Positions 19,747 through 34,844 of a DNA stretch of 64,000 nt are shown piece after piece. Source of the DNA: Basidiobolus meristosporus CBS 931.73 (lineage: Eukaryota; Fungi; Basidiobolomycota). The notes below the pieces were generated by a model that saw only the letters and a list, made by a program, of their open reading frames with translations, was not told the DNA's origin and searched no databases. Every line of letters starts with the position of its first letter. Positions within the stretch are counted from its first letter, which is position 1. The translations under genes and the position numbers were made by a program. The stretch spans positions 1-64,000 of the forward strand of contig MCFE01000026.1 of NCBI GenBank assembly GCA_002104905.1, read 5' to 3'.

Positions 19747-20355
19747 GCATAGCGCATAACATCTATACACGAAGAATCAATGTTTTCCTTATCTCGCTAG
19801 ATCATTGGATTGAGATTAGCTAATGTGGATGGAACATCATCCAAACCCAGTTCTTTGCTTGGAGTGTTGTAAAGAAGCTGATTCCCCTAATCGCACCCAT
19901 TTGGCACTCCAATACCCAAAGCATCCTAACTACAAATGCCACAACCTAGTGGCCACTCACATCCAATAATTATGATTCAGGCATGCATAAATTTTCGGAC
20001 CCTAACCCTGGGATCCGCCTGTCATCGGAAAACAACCTAAAAAGGGATTAATTCCAGCAACACCTGGATCCAATTTACCCCAAGCCAGTCAACGATATCT
20101 CTCGTCTGAAACCTGGTATCGAGTCGTCGTTAATATCCTGCCCTGACTATCGAGTCAGCAGACATTCGCAGGGAACCTTCAGCATTGAAACACACCGTGG
20201 TTGTCTATTTAAATCTGGCCTTGACCTCCAATTGCTCCTCATCAGCTCGATTTCCTCCAACAATATAGAAATGATGGACATGCTTCCAGAAGAGAACGCC
20301 CAGATGTACTCTGCATATTCTGATCGTGGCTCCTTCCCATCCATCAAAGCCTCAT

Positions 20356-21229
<874 letters not shown>

Positions 21230-21842
21230 CGAACCCTGGGCGGATCAACAATTATCTGTATCATACTTTAGCCTTTCCTCGCCTCCTCGTTAATAAAATA
21301 CTTCATCGCAACATGTCATTTGGTCCAAACTAAGACCCTCTCCTTCTAAGCCCCAATTCGTGTGCAATTCGATGGTTTCCCGCGTATCACATAGGTTCTA
21401 GCGCAATAACTCCCCTTAGTGTCTCATCTTAAGGGATTGGTCGTGGTCAGGTTTCTATGACATCTACGTCAACAAGTATTACTCAAAGATTTGGCACCGC
21501 TTTTACGTGGGAAGCATTCGATCTTTGCTTAACCATGATCTAGTACATGATTAACATTAGGCAGATGATCTGGTGCACAATTAGCACTAAACAAACGATC
21601 GATGGCTAAGAATAGAAACGATGCGCGATTCAAACAGCCAACTTCCTTTGGTTAACCAGGTACTTGGCTATTTTTGTGAGGTGTCCAAATCAAGCTTCCG
21701 CAACAAGTGACGAGTGTTGGCCTTTTTTGATGTGATTTTCGCGCAGTGATATTGTAAACCAATCAGGCTAGATTTACCCGAGCCATTAATAAGCGGTTCG
21801 CGATGGGCATTAAGGTTTTCGCTCAATTAGCTTCAACGTTTG

Positions 21843-21870
21843 CATCGTGTAACCAGTATCGTGTAACCAG
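21843..21870. repeat. 14-bp tandem duplication
   Basis: (C/T)ATCGTGTAACCAG twice in the MFS upstream region. Confidence 0.8.
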
Positions 21871-22313
21871 CATCAGAAACCAATTCCAATATTCGATGGC
21901 ACCATTCCCCAAAGTAGTTGCTGAATAATTCCTGAAACCACCGAATCTACAAAAGCTTAATACATGATGAATCCTCGCTCATCGTCACACACGGAATTTT
22001 GGTTTTCGCGCTGAGTAGAGGATAGGATTCCTGTACATCGACCAGTACTCACCAAAAGCGAACGAGCTGTACACACTCGTTGGATGCTTATATGGGCCAT
22101 ATCTGACGTACATGGCGAATTTATCCGGTATTAGTCAATCATTGGTGGAAAATCTTCTCACCGCTCTGCACATCACTCCTACTCAAATTGATCAGCCTGG
22201 ACTTGATTGGAGGGATATCTCGATTATTTAAACTGCCCAAAGGTTTCTCGTCTCGCTTAACAATTCTTGTTCCTTTTGTTGGTTCAGTTTCAGGCAAGTG
22301 AGCGATCGAAGAC

Positions 22314-23900
22314 ATGGATGAATCAACTCAGAGAGAAGTGAAATACGATACGGCGGTAACAAAGGATGTGGAAACGGACTTCAAACGCAGAGGAGTCTTA
22401 TCTTACATGCAGCGTCAGTTAACCCTTGTCCCAGTTCTTGAGCAAGACCCTCGAACCTTTTCGAAAACGAAGAAGAGCTTGATTGTTGCTCAACTGGGAA
22501 TTGCGGGTATGCTGGCGCCATTATCGTCGACTGTATATTTCCCAGCATTACCAACCATTACTGAGGACTTGAGAGCGTCCGGCACTGCCGTCAACGCAAC
22601 TGTTTCGTTGTTCATCTTGTTTATGGGAATTGCCCCGGTTCTATGGGCCAGTATATCCGACCATTATGGAGTCCGGAGAGTCTTGTACTTGAGTTCCATA
22701 GCCATCTTCATCATCGCCTCAATCGGCAGCGCTTTCGTAAATGACATCACGTTGCTTATCATCCTACGTTGTATACAGTCGTGCGGATCAAGTTCTTCAT
22801 CAAGCTTGGGTGCAGGAACGATTGCCGATTGCTATGATTTGCATGAGAGGGGTACAGCTATGGGATTACTGTTTCTGGGGCAGTACTTGGGTCCGCTCAT
22901 AGTAAGTAGAGTTGGATGCCGATTGCCTCGCGGATAGTTATTAATCTACTTTATCCATCAGGGACCTACTATCGGTGGCTTCTTGACTTCGGCGTTCGGT
23001 TGGAGAGCAACCTTTTGGTTCTGTGCGATCCTGGCTATATTTATTTTGCTGGTAATGTTTTTCGCTCTGCCAGAGACTTATAGACACGACGGTCAATGGG
23101 CCACTTCAGCCGTGATCAGCGATGAGCCCAAAGAGGAAGGTGATGGTACAGTCGTCATTGAAGACAACGTAGACGAGACCAAGACCCCCGAGCATAGCGT
23201 AAAGGCTGTCTCCAGCTCCAACTCGCCCAAACGGATGAACCCCATAGCATCACTAGGGCTACTTAAGCACCTGTTTATCTTGGTGATTGCCATCGAAACG
23301 GGTATCTCCTTCGGTGCCATGTTTACAACAGAAACAGTTCTGCCTGGGCTATTTGCTAGTGCTTACAATTTGGATTCCTCCCAAACCGGGTTGACTTACC
23401 TAGGCGCTGGTTGCGGGAATATCGTTGGAAGTTTCGTAGGGGGGATGCTATCGGATTATTTCCTGAAGAAAGCAAGAATAGCGCGGGGTGGCCACAACAT
23501 CCCGGAGGATCGATTGGGGCTAAACGCATGGGTCAGTGGGATCATATTCATCCCAGGAGGAATCCTGATGTTCGGATGGTCTGTATACTACAAGGTCTCC
23601 CTAGCAGTGCCGATTGTTGCTTTTGGAATCCTTTGCTTCGGGTTGATGCAGATCACCACATCCATATCCACATACTTAGTGGATTCGGTGCCTGGCCGAG
23701 GTGCAAGCGCCACTGCAGCTGCCAATTTCGTTCGAATGGTATTGGCCGCTATTCTTTCGATCACCGCAGATCCACTAATCCAAGCGATGGGGGAGAACTA
23801 TCTCTCCCTCTTTTTGGCGTTGCTGAACATCCTTAGCATTGCTGCTTTGTTTTGGGTGAAGGTCAAAGGCCCAGAACTGCGTAAAAAAAGTGGGTTCTAA
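22314..23900 (+). CDS. MFS drug:H+ antiporter (DHA1, Qdr/Dtr-like)
   Basis: SSTVYFPALP, WASISDHYGVRR, GAGTIADCYDLHERG. Intron 22902-22961 restores PLIGPTIGGFL; multiple TM helices. Confidence 0.93.
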
Positions 23901-24172
23901 GCACCATGCCCTATACTGCCATCCATCACCTAATGTGTATATTATCCCAAATCAACCATATCATTCATTATCTCACGACACCTATATCATACATTAATCC
24001 CAATCTGATCCTGTTCTCACGGTGTTTGATTAAAACCTGATGTTTCTTCTCACCAGGCTTGGAGGCCTCAGGGGTTGGCCGGAATAGGAAATAGGGGGAA
24101 GGGGGAGGAGGGGCCTTCTGGTTAAATGCCAACGAAGAAGGGTGAGCATCTAATCTCTAATCACACTGCATT

Positions 24173-24732
24173 ATGAAGCTACTTTGGTTATTGGGAACTC
24201 TCTCGCTTCTGTCGTTCACCCATGGCGAGCTTTCTCCATACGAAAGAGAGTAGGTTGTCTGTAGACACGGGAGGTGGAGTAGTCCGCATATTCACCCCTT
24301 CATTTCTTCACTAGACACATGAAAGTGATCCATGGTATCGACGACTCTGACGACACCATTTTCTTCAAACTGCACGACTTGAATAGAGATGGCGGCCTGG
24401 ATATTGGGGAGCTGGAGCATTTCTTCCCAGGCGACTTCCCGAACGGCGAGCTGCGTAAAGAATGGTTTGATGAGATATTTGGCCAGGTAGACACGGATGA
24501 AGATGGCATCATTACCCAGAGCGAGTGGAGTGAGAAATCCAGAGGCGACTACCGTGCTGCTAATCAAAAATTCTCTGGGCCCGAGACGGCCTCTTCTCAC
24601 AAGCAACGCAACTCTGGGAGCAACGCCAGGAAGGGATTCTTCGGTGGGGATCCTGGAACCAGACAAAAGGTTCTGTCCGATACCAATCTCCTCAACATCC
24701 CCATGAAATATCGCAAGACCAAAAAGGCTTAG
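24173..24732 (+). CDS. SSP120: Secretory-pathway EF-hand protein (Ssp120/MCFD2-like)
   Basis: Signal peptide exon MKLLWLLG..., intron 24250-24314, two canonical EF loops (DLNRDGGLDIGE, DTDEDGIITQSE) and C-terminal NIPMKYRK. Confidence 0.75.
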
Positions 24733-25095
24733 CGGACACCGATGGTTTAGAAGAGACTTGTTTGTGTATTGATGTATATCTGAAGGATTGGTGTATCTAC
24801 GTTGTTCCATAAAATCTCGTTCATCTCAAATGGAGTCGAAATGCTTTTATTGCATATTTGTACTGTTGTAGTAGAGTAAAGTAAAAGAAACCTCCATTCA
24901 AGGCAGAGTTTAGTTGACCGAGTCACACAAGCGGATTTGATGACGTCGGGAACCGTTTTGAATCTTTCCAACATAGCGATTGTGCCAACATCAAGTGAAG
25001 TTTTAAGCCCCATTGGTGGTAGGACCAATAGGAAGAGGAGTTCAGAAGACGAGGCAAAAGAAAAACCAGTTCATCGCTAACTGTTCTTCAGCTGG

Positions 25096-25341
25096 TTAAG
25101 GCAGCGGAGTAAGAAGGGAGATATCTCTGGTCGAAAAAAAATTCATACTGTTGGTGTCAACCCAACAATGATCTGTTCCCCAGTAGCAAGTGGACCCAAG
25201 CAATGCCAAAAGTAAGATGGTACAGTATATACACGGTTTACTATGTAACAGATAGGACAGCAGAAATAGATAGATAAAGTACGGTGAAGCACTAGGCTGT
25301 GGAAGAAGAAATAACGGGATGAACCATTTCAAGCATTCCAT
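25096..25341 (-). CDS. BLCAP: BC10/BLCAP-family small membrane protein
   Basis: MECLKWFIPLFLLP...KPCIYC..LLL..CYW matches the BC10 pattern (MxCLxWxxPxxxxP...KPCxxC). Confidence 0.78.
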   Translation of the reverse strand: MECLKWFIPLFLLPQPSASPYFIYLFLLSYLLHSKPCIYCTILLLALLGSTCYWGTDHCWVDTNSMNFFSTRDISLLTPLP

Positions 25342-25729
25342 TGCTGTGGTAGAGTCTGGTACAGTCTACCAGAGGAAGGCAATAAGGATGACGTTTAACA
25401 CGTATGCAGTGCCAACACAGCAACAGGATTCACAATAGATTCCATGGCTTTGTATACGTTCTCCGAGAATTTATTTGATTAGCACTAAGCCAAATTGATC
25501 CAGAAGACAACACAATCATTTAGATCTATCTTGATCCTTCTGAATGCTGTCATTTGGCCCACTCGATCTTTAAAAAATATCCTAAAATATCCAACCATCG
25601 TCGGAGCCAATCCCTTGTAGATATTGGCCGATCATATTTACAAAAAAACATGGATAATAAGGAGATGAATGATTTTCTGAACTTAACAGCTAATTGCTTC
25701 TTTGGGCCAGTGTCTCTTGTCTGATAGAT

Positions 25730-26987
<1,258 letters not shown>

Positions 26988-27206
26988 ATCAATGTTGGTC
27001 GATAGATTTATTCCAACTTGGCATGATCGAAATAAACTTAGACCAGATTCTCCATGCGTGATGCACTCTTGCCCAATGAGTTGATTTGCCCCTAAAAAAT
27101 TGATCAAGCTCCAGGAATATTTGTGTAGAGAAAATTTTTGCTACATAGTCGGTCAAGTTCCCTCGATAAACTCCGTTCACACAGTCCACAGCGTATTGAA
27201 ACAACC

Positions 27207-27716
27207 ATGCTCCATCTTCTTGGTGTGAATTTGCCCGACAAGAAAGTCGTTCGCGTTGCATTGACTTATTTCTATGGCATTGGTCATTCTACTGCTGAGA
27301 GACTTTGCAACAAACTGAGCATCCACAAAGAATGTAAGCTCAGCGAGCTTTCCGACACTCAAATCAATCAGCTCAGTGGCCTCTTGACCGATATGACTAT
27401 CGAGAGTGACTTGAGAAGACAGGTCAAGAACAACGTTTTACAGCTTCGTCAAATCAATTCCTACGTCGGTAAAAGACATGCTCTTGGTTTGCCTGTGCAT
27501 GGTCAGCGCACCAGAACCAACTCGAAGACTGCCAGAAAGATCAACGGCCGTTTCCTGAAGCAAGCCTCCCGTGGATATTCCACGTAAGCGCTCTTTCCTC
27601 ATTCTTTTTGTTCGAAAGCAGGACTAACCTTTTGCCTATTCAGCATGCCCGACTACTCTTCAGCCGTCGAGCAACAAACTCCCTTCGAAGCCTTTTTCGC
27701 CAAGAAATACTTCTAA
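27207..27716 (+). CDS. SWS2: Mitochondrial ribosomal protein uS13m
   Basis: LLGVNLP...ALTYFYGIG...KRHALGLPVHGQRTRTN; 3' intron 27584-27643. Confidence 0.92.
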
Positions 27717-28287
27717 ACACATCCCACTACTGTCATACATTCTTATCATAATGCATTGTTTCCTTTCCTCGTTGCATAAGAAATATAGTGCCATTCCTCG
27801 TTTGGAAATGGAGGTTCCTTCAGCAATAAAGTGCTCTCAGACACAACCATGGTCACCGTTGGCGGGAAATCTCATTTTGTTTCACATAAAGCTCCAGTAA
27901 TTCCCTCATCCTCCCAATGCCACCATGGCTACTCTCCATTTATAAGGGGAGCGCCCCAATCAAGCAAAGTTTACGTGATCGTCCATGTCAAGGAGGCAGG
28001 GGCATTTGCTGCAGGATAGTAATTAGTCGCCATTTAAATGTGAGCAGTGCGTCAATCACATCCATTACCACAACGTCCAGATTCTTGTTGAATGTGCACA
28101 GATCAGTCTAATACGAATAACAAACCACTTCAACATTTATCTAACCACTGCAAATCTGCCGCGCATTCATTCAATCCACCTCAACGCTCCCACACTATAA
28201 AGGGGGACCGAATCATCCCTAATCTTCAAGTAACTAGCTGGACTGGACTTTTCTCTCCTGGCAACGACAAGTAACCTCTTTTATTCG

Positions 28288-29480
28288 ATGAGTTCCATAA
28301 ACCCGCTAAACAGCGACGATCTCAATGTACGCTTTGCAATCCGCCTTTTTACCACCTGTTCCTCACCAAGGTTTTGCCACCCTTTAGCTTGCTGACCTCC
28401 CAAAAGTGTACCAAAATATCGCCAGTATCTTAAAACATACGTCAGAGAGCGAGGACACTTGGTCATTACTTAACGATACTATCAAAGAGCTTGATGCTCT
28501 TTATCAAGAAAATCCACACTCTCAAGACCTCCTAAGCGTGATCCAGTGGCTGGCTAACGACATCAAAGTCTTGGTAGGTTCTTACACTCGTCGCTGAGAG
28601 ATGTCTCCCCACCTAACCTACCCCCTAGCTATCATCAGAGGAGATCCTGTTGGTAACCAGTGCCTTGGGTTTCGTTGAAGCCTTGGGGAGCAATCTGAAC
28701 CCTGAAGACTTCTCACCGTTTGAAAGGCAATTCGTTCCATCGATTCTAGAGTTGATTGAAAGAGACTCCCAGGGCTTCCAACTGCGTGCTGGAGAATGTA
28801 TAACAACGTTGGTGAAGAAGAAGCAAATTCAGGATTGCGTTCCAGTTTTGGTGGAAAGATTCACAGGGGGTAATGACTTCGCCAAATATTGCCTAATGGG
28901 GATTATGATGGAGTACATCCAGTGCTTTGCCACCGATATGGAGCCTCACTTGGGATCAGTAGAGGATATATTACGTGCGGGATACAGTGACACAAGTGAG
29001 GATGTTCGCGAAATTTCCAGGTGCGCATTCGATATCTTTCAAGAGAAGTTTGAGGATCGAGCGAGGAATCTATTCAATCAAGAGACCACGGATACCAAAT
29101 CCCCATCACTTCCTGGGTTGTGTGGGGAGACTGAATACAACTCCGAAAGCACTAGTGAGATGTCATCCACACCAACATCCTGCGTACAGCCAAAGTTTGT
29201 GCAACCCTTGGAGCTCTCTAAAAATAGGACCAAATACCTCGCCAAAAACCCCCCCTCAAGCACCACGCATGTCCCAAAGCTCACGGTGCCCTATAGCGAA
29301 CTTCCTTACATGAAACTAACTCAAGCCTACCGCCATCGAATATCAAAAACCGCCGCGGCCTCCGAACCAGGATTAAAGCCTTGGGAAACTAGCGGCGCCA
29401 ACATAGAGAACTTTACTTCCAGTCTCCGCATGTACCCCGTGATGTTGGAACTCTCCGAGCGCAAGCCTTTCCGAGTCTAA
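28288..29480 (+). CDS. CLASP_N/TOG-like HEAT-repeat protein, degenerate
   Basis: Introns 28327-28387 and 28574-28628 give one frame: EDTW...FVPSILEL...GYSDTSEDVREISRCAF...F.DRARNLF, then an S/T/P-rich tail. Confidence 0.7.
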
Positions 29481-29557
29481 GCGTGTTCTGTCCCCAGTCC
29501 CATTCGTAATTGAAGATCACCCATCTACCACAAACTGATTGAATAAATGCTACTCAA

Positions 29558-29578
29558 CCACCACCACCACCACCACCA
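29558..29578. repeat. (CCA)7 microsatellite
   Basis: Seven perfect CCA units. Confidence 0.95.
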
Positions 29579-29780
29579 TTACTCATCCTCAGTCAGCAGA
29601 CGCGAACAGGTATTGTCCCGGAAATCGCAGTCTACAAATCGACCAAACCCAGTCACTATCGGCGAAGGATCTATGAAACCAAGCATGAAATATATAAACA
29701 GGTTTGACGCCATGGGTTTAATACGCCAAACGATCAACACCGGGACTTCGAGTGCTGCGAATATAGATCAAAACCAGTCA

Positions 29781-29864
29781 TCGCATGCATGCCAATCTAG
29801 GATAAGCAGAATCATTGGGATTTCGCATACATGCCAATCTAGGATAAGCAGAGCCATTGGGATT
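29781..29864. repeat. 42-bp tandem duplication (3 mismatches)
   Basis: TCGCAT(G/A)CATGCCAATCTAGGATAAGCAGA(AT/GC)CATTGGGATT twice. Confidence 0.92.
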
Positions 29865-31212
29865 AAGGTTGCGACTGAGATATGCGGTCGAATTAATCTT
29901 GTCTATGGATTGCGACAGAAATGGCGACCAAATTAAAAAGGCGATTGAAACAGCGACGGAAATATGCACCCGAATCAATATTGCCATGGCCCAATGTCCG
30001 ATCGGAATTGTCTCACGCATGGAGGGAATCGAGCTAAATCACACAAACGGATATAGCAAGTGGGTGGCATTCAGTAGGAGTGGGTGTGGTGCAAGTCCAT
30101 ACATTGGGCCTACATATCTGTAGAATACCAAAGCGATTCATTCCATCCAAAACCAATGCCATCATCAGAAACAGATTTGTTGACTCGATACGGATCTGCT
30201 GAAGAGAAACCACCCCTCGTCATCCAAGAGATCGACTGCCCGTCTGCCACCAATCCCCGGCGAGTTGACTCTTCGCATGCCCAAATCGCCTTAAAAAGCA
30301 AACCAGTTTCGAAGCACATTTTCTGTTTGGCGGCGAAGCTAAACTGACATCCAGCGACCATTTGCCAGTCCCGCGAGGATGGGATCCTGCGACGCCCATT
30401 CCGGAAAGATCCACCTAGTCACCCGCCATGGACGCTGATGACTAGCACCAAGGGGGCTCTCTATCTCGGCGGACTTGGTAGAGCTCTTCAGCAATTAGAT
30501 CTACGCATTTCATACCGTGCGTGTTACGATTTCACTGCTGTGGCACATTAGGCGTTGCCAGGATTTCCAGCCATAAACCAGCGGTGGGGTTTATGTCAAG
30601 AGTGAAACAAGCACAGGTTTGGAATGCTTTAAATGTTACTACAGGGATATTGCTATTTACATGGGAATCCGGATTGAGACGCGAAGTTTGGCAAGTGCAT
30701 CTTGCTATGAAGGATCACCAATGAAATGTGGTACACCCCTTGTTTCATCCGACCAAGTATGGCCACTTTCAAATAGGGCCTTGACGTACGTCAATCATGA
30801 AAATAAGTGCACACTAGTGATTTTTTAGCCATCCAAATGTCATACAGATCACATTAAAGGTGCTCGTTGGTGCAACATTGAGGGTGCTACCTTCTCTTCT
30901 ATTGGGCTGACCACGGTTTGCTCTGTATTTTAGATCATAGCATTTGCTTTATCTGGACTCGAGTTTCGCGTAAGCTCCATCCGCTTATAAAACGGTTGCT
31001 GGCGCCGCAACCAAATCGAAATCATCTCCTCGCAAGTCGAGTCGCAATCCAATTTACTCCACTTCCTTGTTGCATCAAGCTCCGGTTATTCTTGATCACA
31101 GTATATATTTCTCCGCCGATTCGATTTGCTTCAATTCGATCTTCGAAAGATCCAGGTGTACGAACATCCCGGCATATCATAGTCAGACATACCCTTCCTA
31201 GCGATTTTGAAC

Positions 31213-32262
<1,050 letters not shown>

Positions 32263-32371
32263 ATATATGTGTGGTCCTCAGCACCGCACCGATGAGTTTA
32301 TACTTTCCCTTTCAAAATTTCTGTTGACATACCACTTTCATCGTCCGTGTATACGTATCGCTTCGACTTCG

Positions 32372-32400
32372 CCCCTCCCCTCCCCTCCCCTCCCCTTCCC
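32372..32400. repeat. (CCCCT)n pyrimidine tract; G-quadruplex-capable on the minus strand
   Basis: CCCCT five times plus TCCC, downstream of forkhead 2. Confidence 0.8.
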
Positions 32401-34199
32401 ACGTCCAAGCACTCGGACACTTTTGATTTGTACCTTCTTTGCGCCCCAGCTCTCTATGTCACCGGTGATTCTCGAAGAATTGTTTGGTGATTCGTAGTTT
32501 CTCTTAGGTCCTAAGTAGATAGGCTTGACCATCTGTACATAACCTGAGATCATCCCACTTCCCACCCTGCCCCGCCTCCTCATTGGTCATATGTTTCATA
32601 ATAAACCAAGTATATTCCTTGGATCGTGGAATCTAAACCTAATCTTCCCACTACGGGCTCTTCTCTCGATCAATCAGAATCTACAGATACGTCATCAGCC
32701 CACCCGGTCAACTAGCCTAATCCAACCAACCTCAGCTGGAGTTGAACCAAACTAAGGATCGTGTTCTCACAACGCTGAGAGCCCATGTGAATCACCGGGG
32801 CTCTCGATTCCATTGGGACGTATGGTGGTACATGGGGAATGGAACAATTAAGTGGATGTACGTGGTATGCGGTATGCTGGCGGATTCATGTATCATATGG
32901 CCCTGCTCGTGGTGGCCTCATATAGCACACCGTTCGGTTGATTGGCACCGCTCGTCAAATGGGCTTCGAAAAATAACCCGTTTGCTGGAACATCGGAAGG
33001 GAGGTGAAAGCCAATTGCCATAGCAAGCTAGCTCCAGCCGAGATGACCACTAGGTGCCACGAGCCACCAGGTGACCCCACGCACGCTCCAATCGAACTCA
33101 TGTTCCACCACAAGATCTCTACATAATCTTAAGTCCTCGCCCCACGCAGCGGTGAGGTTAATGGAGCCGGGGATCAGACAGTTTAATGGCTGTTGTGGAA
33201 TATTGGCTGAAAAATATCGTCCAACGTTCGTGGTGAATCCCGTCCCTTCTAAAAATAGCCGTTTTTCAGCGTAGCTGATCAATATATGTTTGCTATCTTT
33301 GAATCACAACGCCAAGGCTTGTGACATCCCCTTGCGACCAATCAACCCCCACCTTCGGGATAATGTTCACGAGGAGCGTACGGAACAATCATTCCTGCTT
33401 CAGGTTCACGGTCCTGTTGGAATGGTGCGTGTGTTCGGTGTTGAGGTCGTCCTGACCGAAGGGTCAAACCAGAATCCAACAGAAACCATATCATCGTCCG
33501 ACGAGGCGAGCAGCACTGTTTTGGCTTAGCGGAGTGGCATTCGAACTGGCACTCCGTACCGGGATCTTTGACCGGGCTCCGATTATAACCTGTTTGAGAG
33601 TATGGGCCAGTCTGAACTTACTAGGGGTGTAAAGTGACCTTACCGTGGCTGTCTCTTTTGGTTCCGGACTGAAAACGCCCTACTTAACACTCTTTATTCT
33701 GCCGGCCATACGGTGTCTCATTTTCCGAATCTGAAGGTATAGTATGAATCCACGCAGACACTGTCTAGTGGCTTCGTCGCTCACCTGTAGTCTAAGTTCA
33801 ACACTGACACATCCCGCGGTAAATCGCCCAACCGAAAGCCACTTGACTAGGTATATCAACAGATGCCAGGATTTCCCACATTCGTAACGATTACACTGGG
33901 ACCACAAGCTACTTTCCTGGTGAAACATGAAGAACCCCACAGAGAAGCAGAAGCTCGAGGGAACTTTGACAACTCTGGAATACGGCGATTGCAATATCCC
34001 TTGTATCTCCTTTCCATTCACTAAATCTGTCTAGGAGTACCATTCTCTGCCATAAATCATGCGAGGCCAGTCCCTTTATGGCCGCGTTATAAATGGAGAT
34101 GGCAACTCAATTTAGGTTAATAGGCGGATGCAACATATAAAATAAAGTACATCTGCTTGGTACTACTTGCCAATCATTCGATCACACTGATACCGGACA

Positions 34200-34636
34200 A
34201 TGAGGAGGAGCTCCAGTCTGCATGTTGGCGAATGGTGGATTCTGGTGCAGGTATATGGAGGTGGAGTGGTGGAACTTTATTTCGTTCGATTTACTGTATC
34301 TATAGACCATCCATATATTTTGTCAACGATATTCCCGACATTTCTTCAGCCCCACACTTTGCGTTGTCCACAAAAAACCTTATGGATGGCTTCGTGAGAT
34401 CTTGTCCACAGTATACATACTCGGGAAGCACTCACGGCTTGATATGTTGTCCAAGGTTTAATGCCTAACTGCTCAATTTGCTCAATATGCTATCATGTAA
34501 ACCAATTTGGGCCAGAGGAATGGCTGACTATATTAGGAGTGGCTGTGAAGCTCACCAACCTGAAGTGGAATGTTCATCTTTTCGACAGGACTTCTTGAAG
34601 CTGCGCTACGAAAGGTCCCAGGAAGATGCGAGCTAG
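34200..34636 (+). CDS. Putative small spliced gene of unknown function; exon structure unresolved
   Basis: TATAAAA near 34136, ATG 34200, and GT-AG segments of typical size (34251-34305, 34456-34515). No family recognised. Confidence 0.25.
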
Positions 34637-34844
34637 AGTGGTGGGGGGGGAGCTTTTAGGCAATTTTGAAATACGACGTCCTTTCAAAATATCATTCCTC
34701 AAATCTTGTGTCAAGCCCAAAACGAATATATAATCGGGTTGGTGGGTATCAAGCTTCTGTTTCATAAGCAATAGACCAAAGCGATGAATACATTGACAAA
34801 ATCTTTTATTTCGAAGGGGGTACAATTAGAACAGTGAGCAGCGT

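Larger units (their letters stand above)
29547..30347 (+). pseudogene. Possible frameshifted, repeat-containing ORF relic
   Basis: ATEICGRINL and ATEICTRINI are 82 nt apart (81+1) in two different overlapping frames. Confidence 0.4.

Noticed and set aside
20000-20009. Telomere-like CCCTAACCCT
   Set aside because: Fewer than two units; expected by chance.
24747-25028. 93-aa minus-strand ORF downstream of BC10
   Set aside because: Different frame from BC10, non-ATG start, and no clear intron joining the two.
33531-33555. GGAGTG...CACTCC hairpin with a TTCGAA loop
   Set aside because: The stem is only 6 bp and no cloverleaf forms; no snRNA, RNase P or SRP signature was seen nearby.
32742-34021. 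Several 60-113 aa ORFs between forkhead 2 and the 34.2-kb segment
   Set aside because: Overlapping on both strands, mostly with non-ATG starts and no motifs.
34306-34455. Frame with two in-frame TGA codons, considered as a selenoprotein candidate
   Set aside because: No CxxU/UxxC context or selenoprotein family resemblance, and other frames are open.
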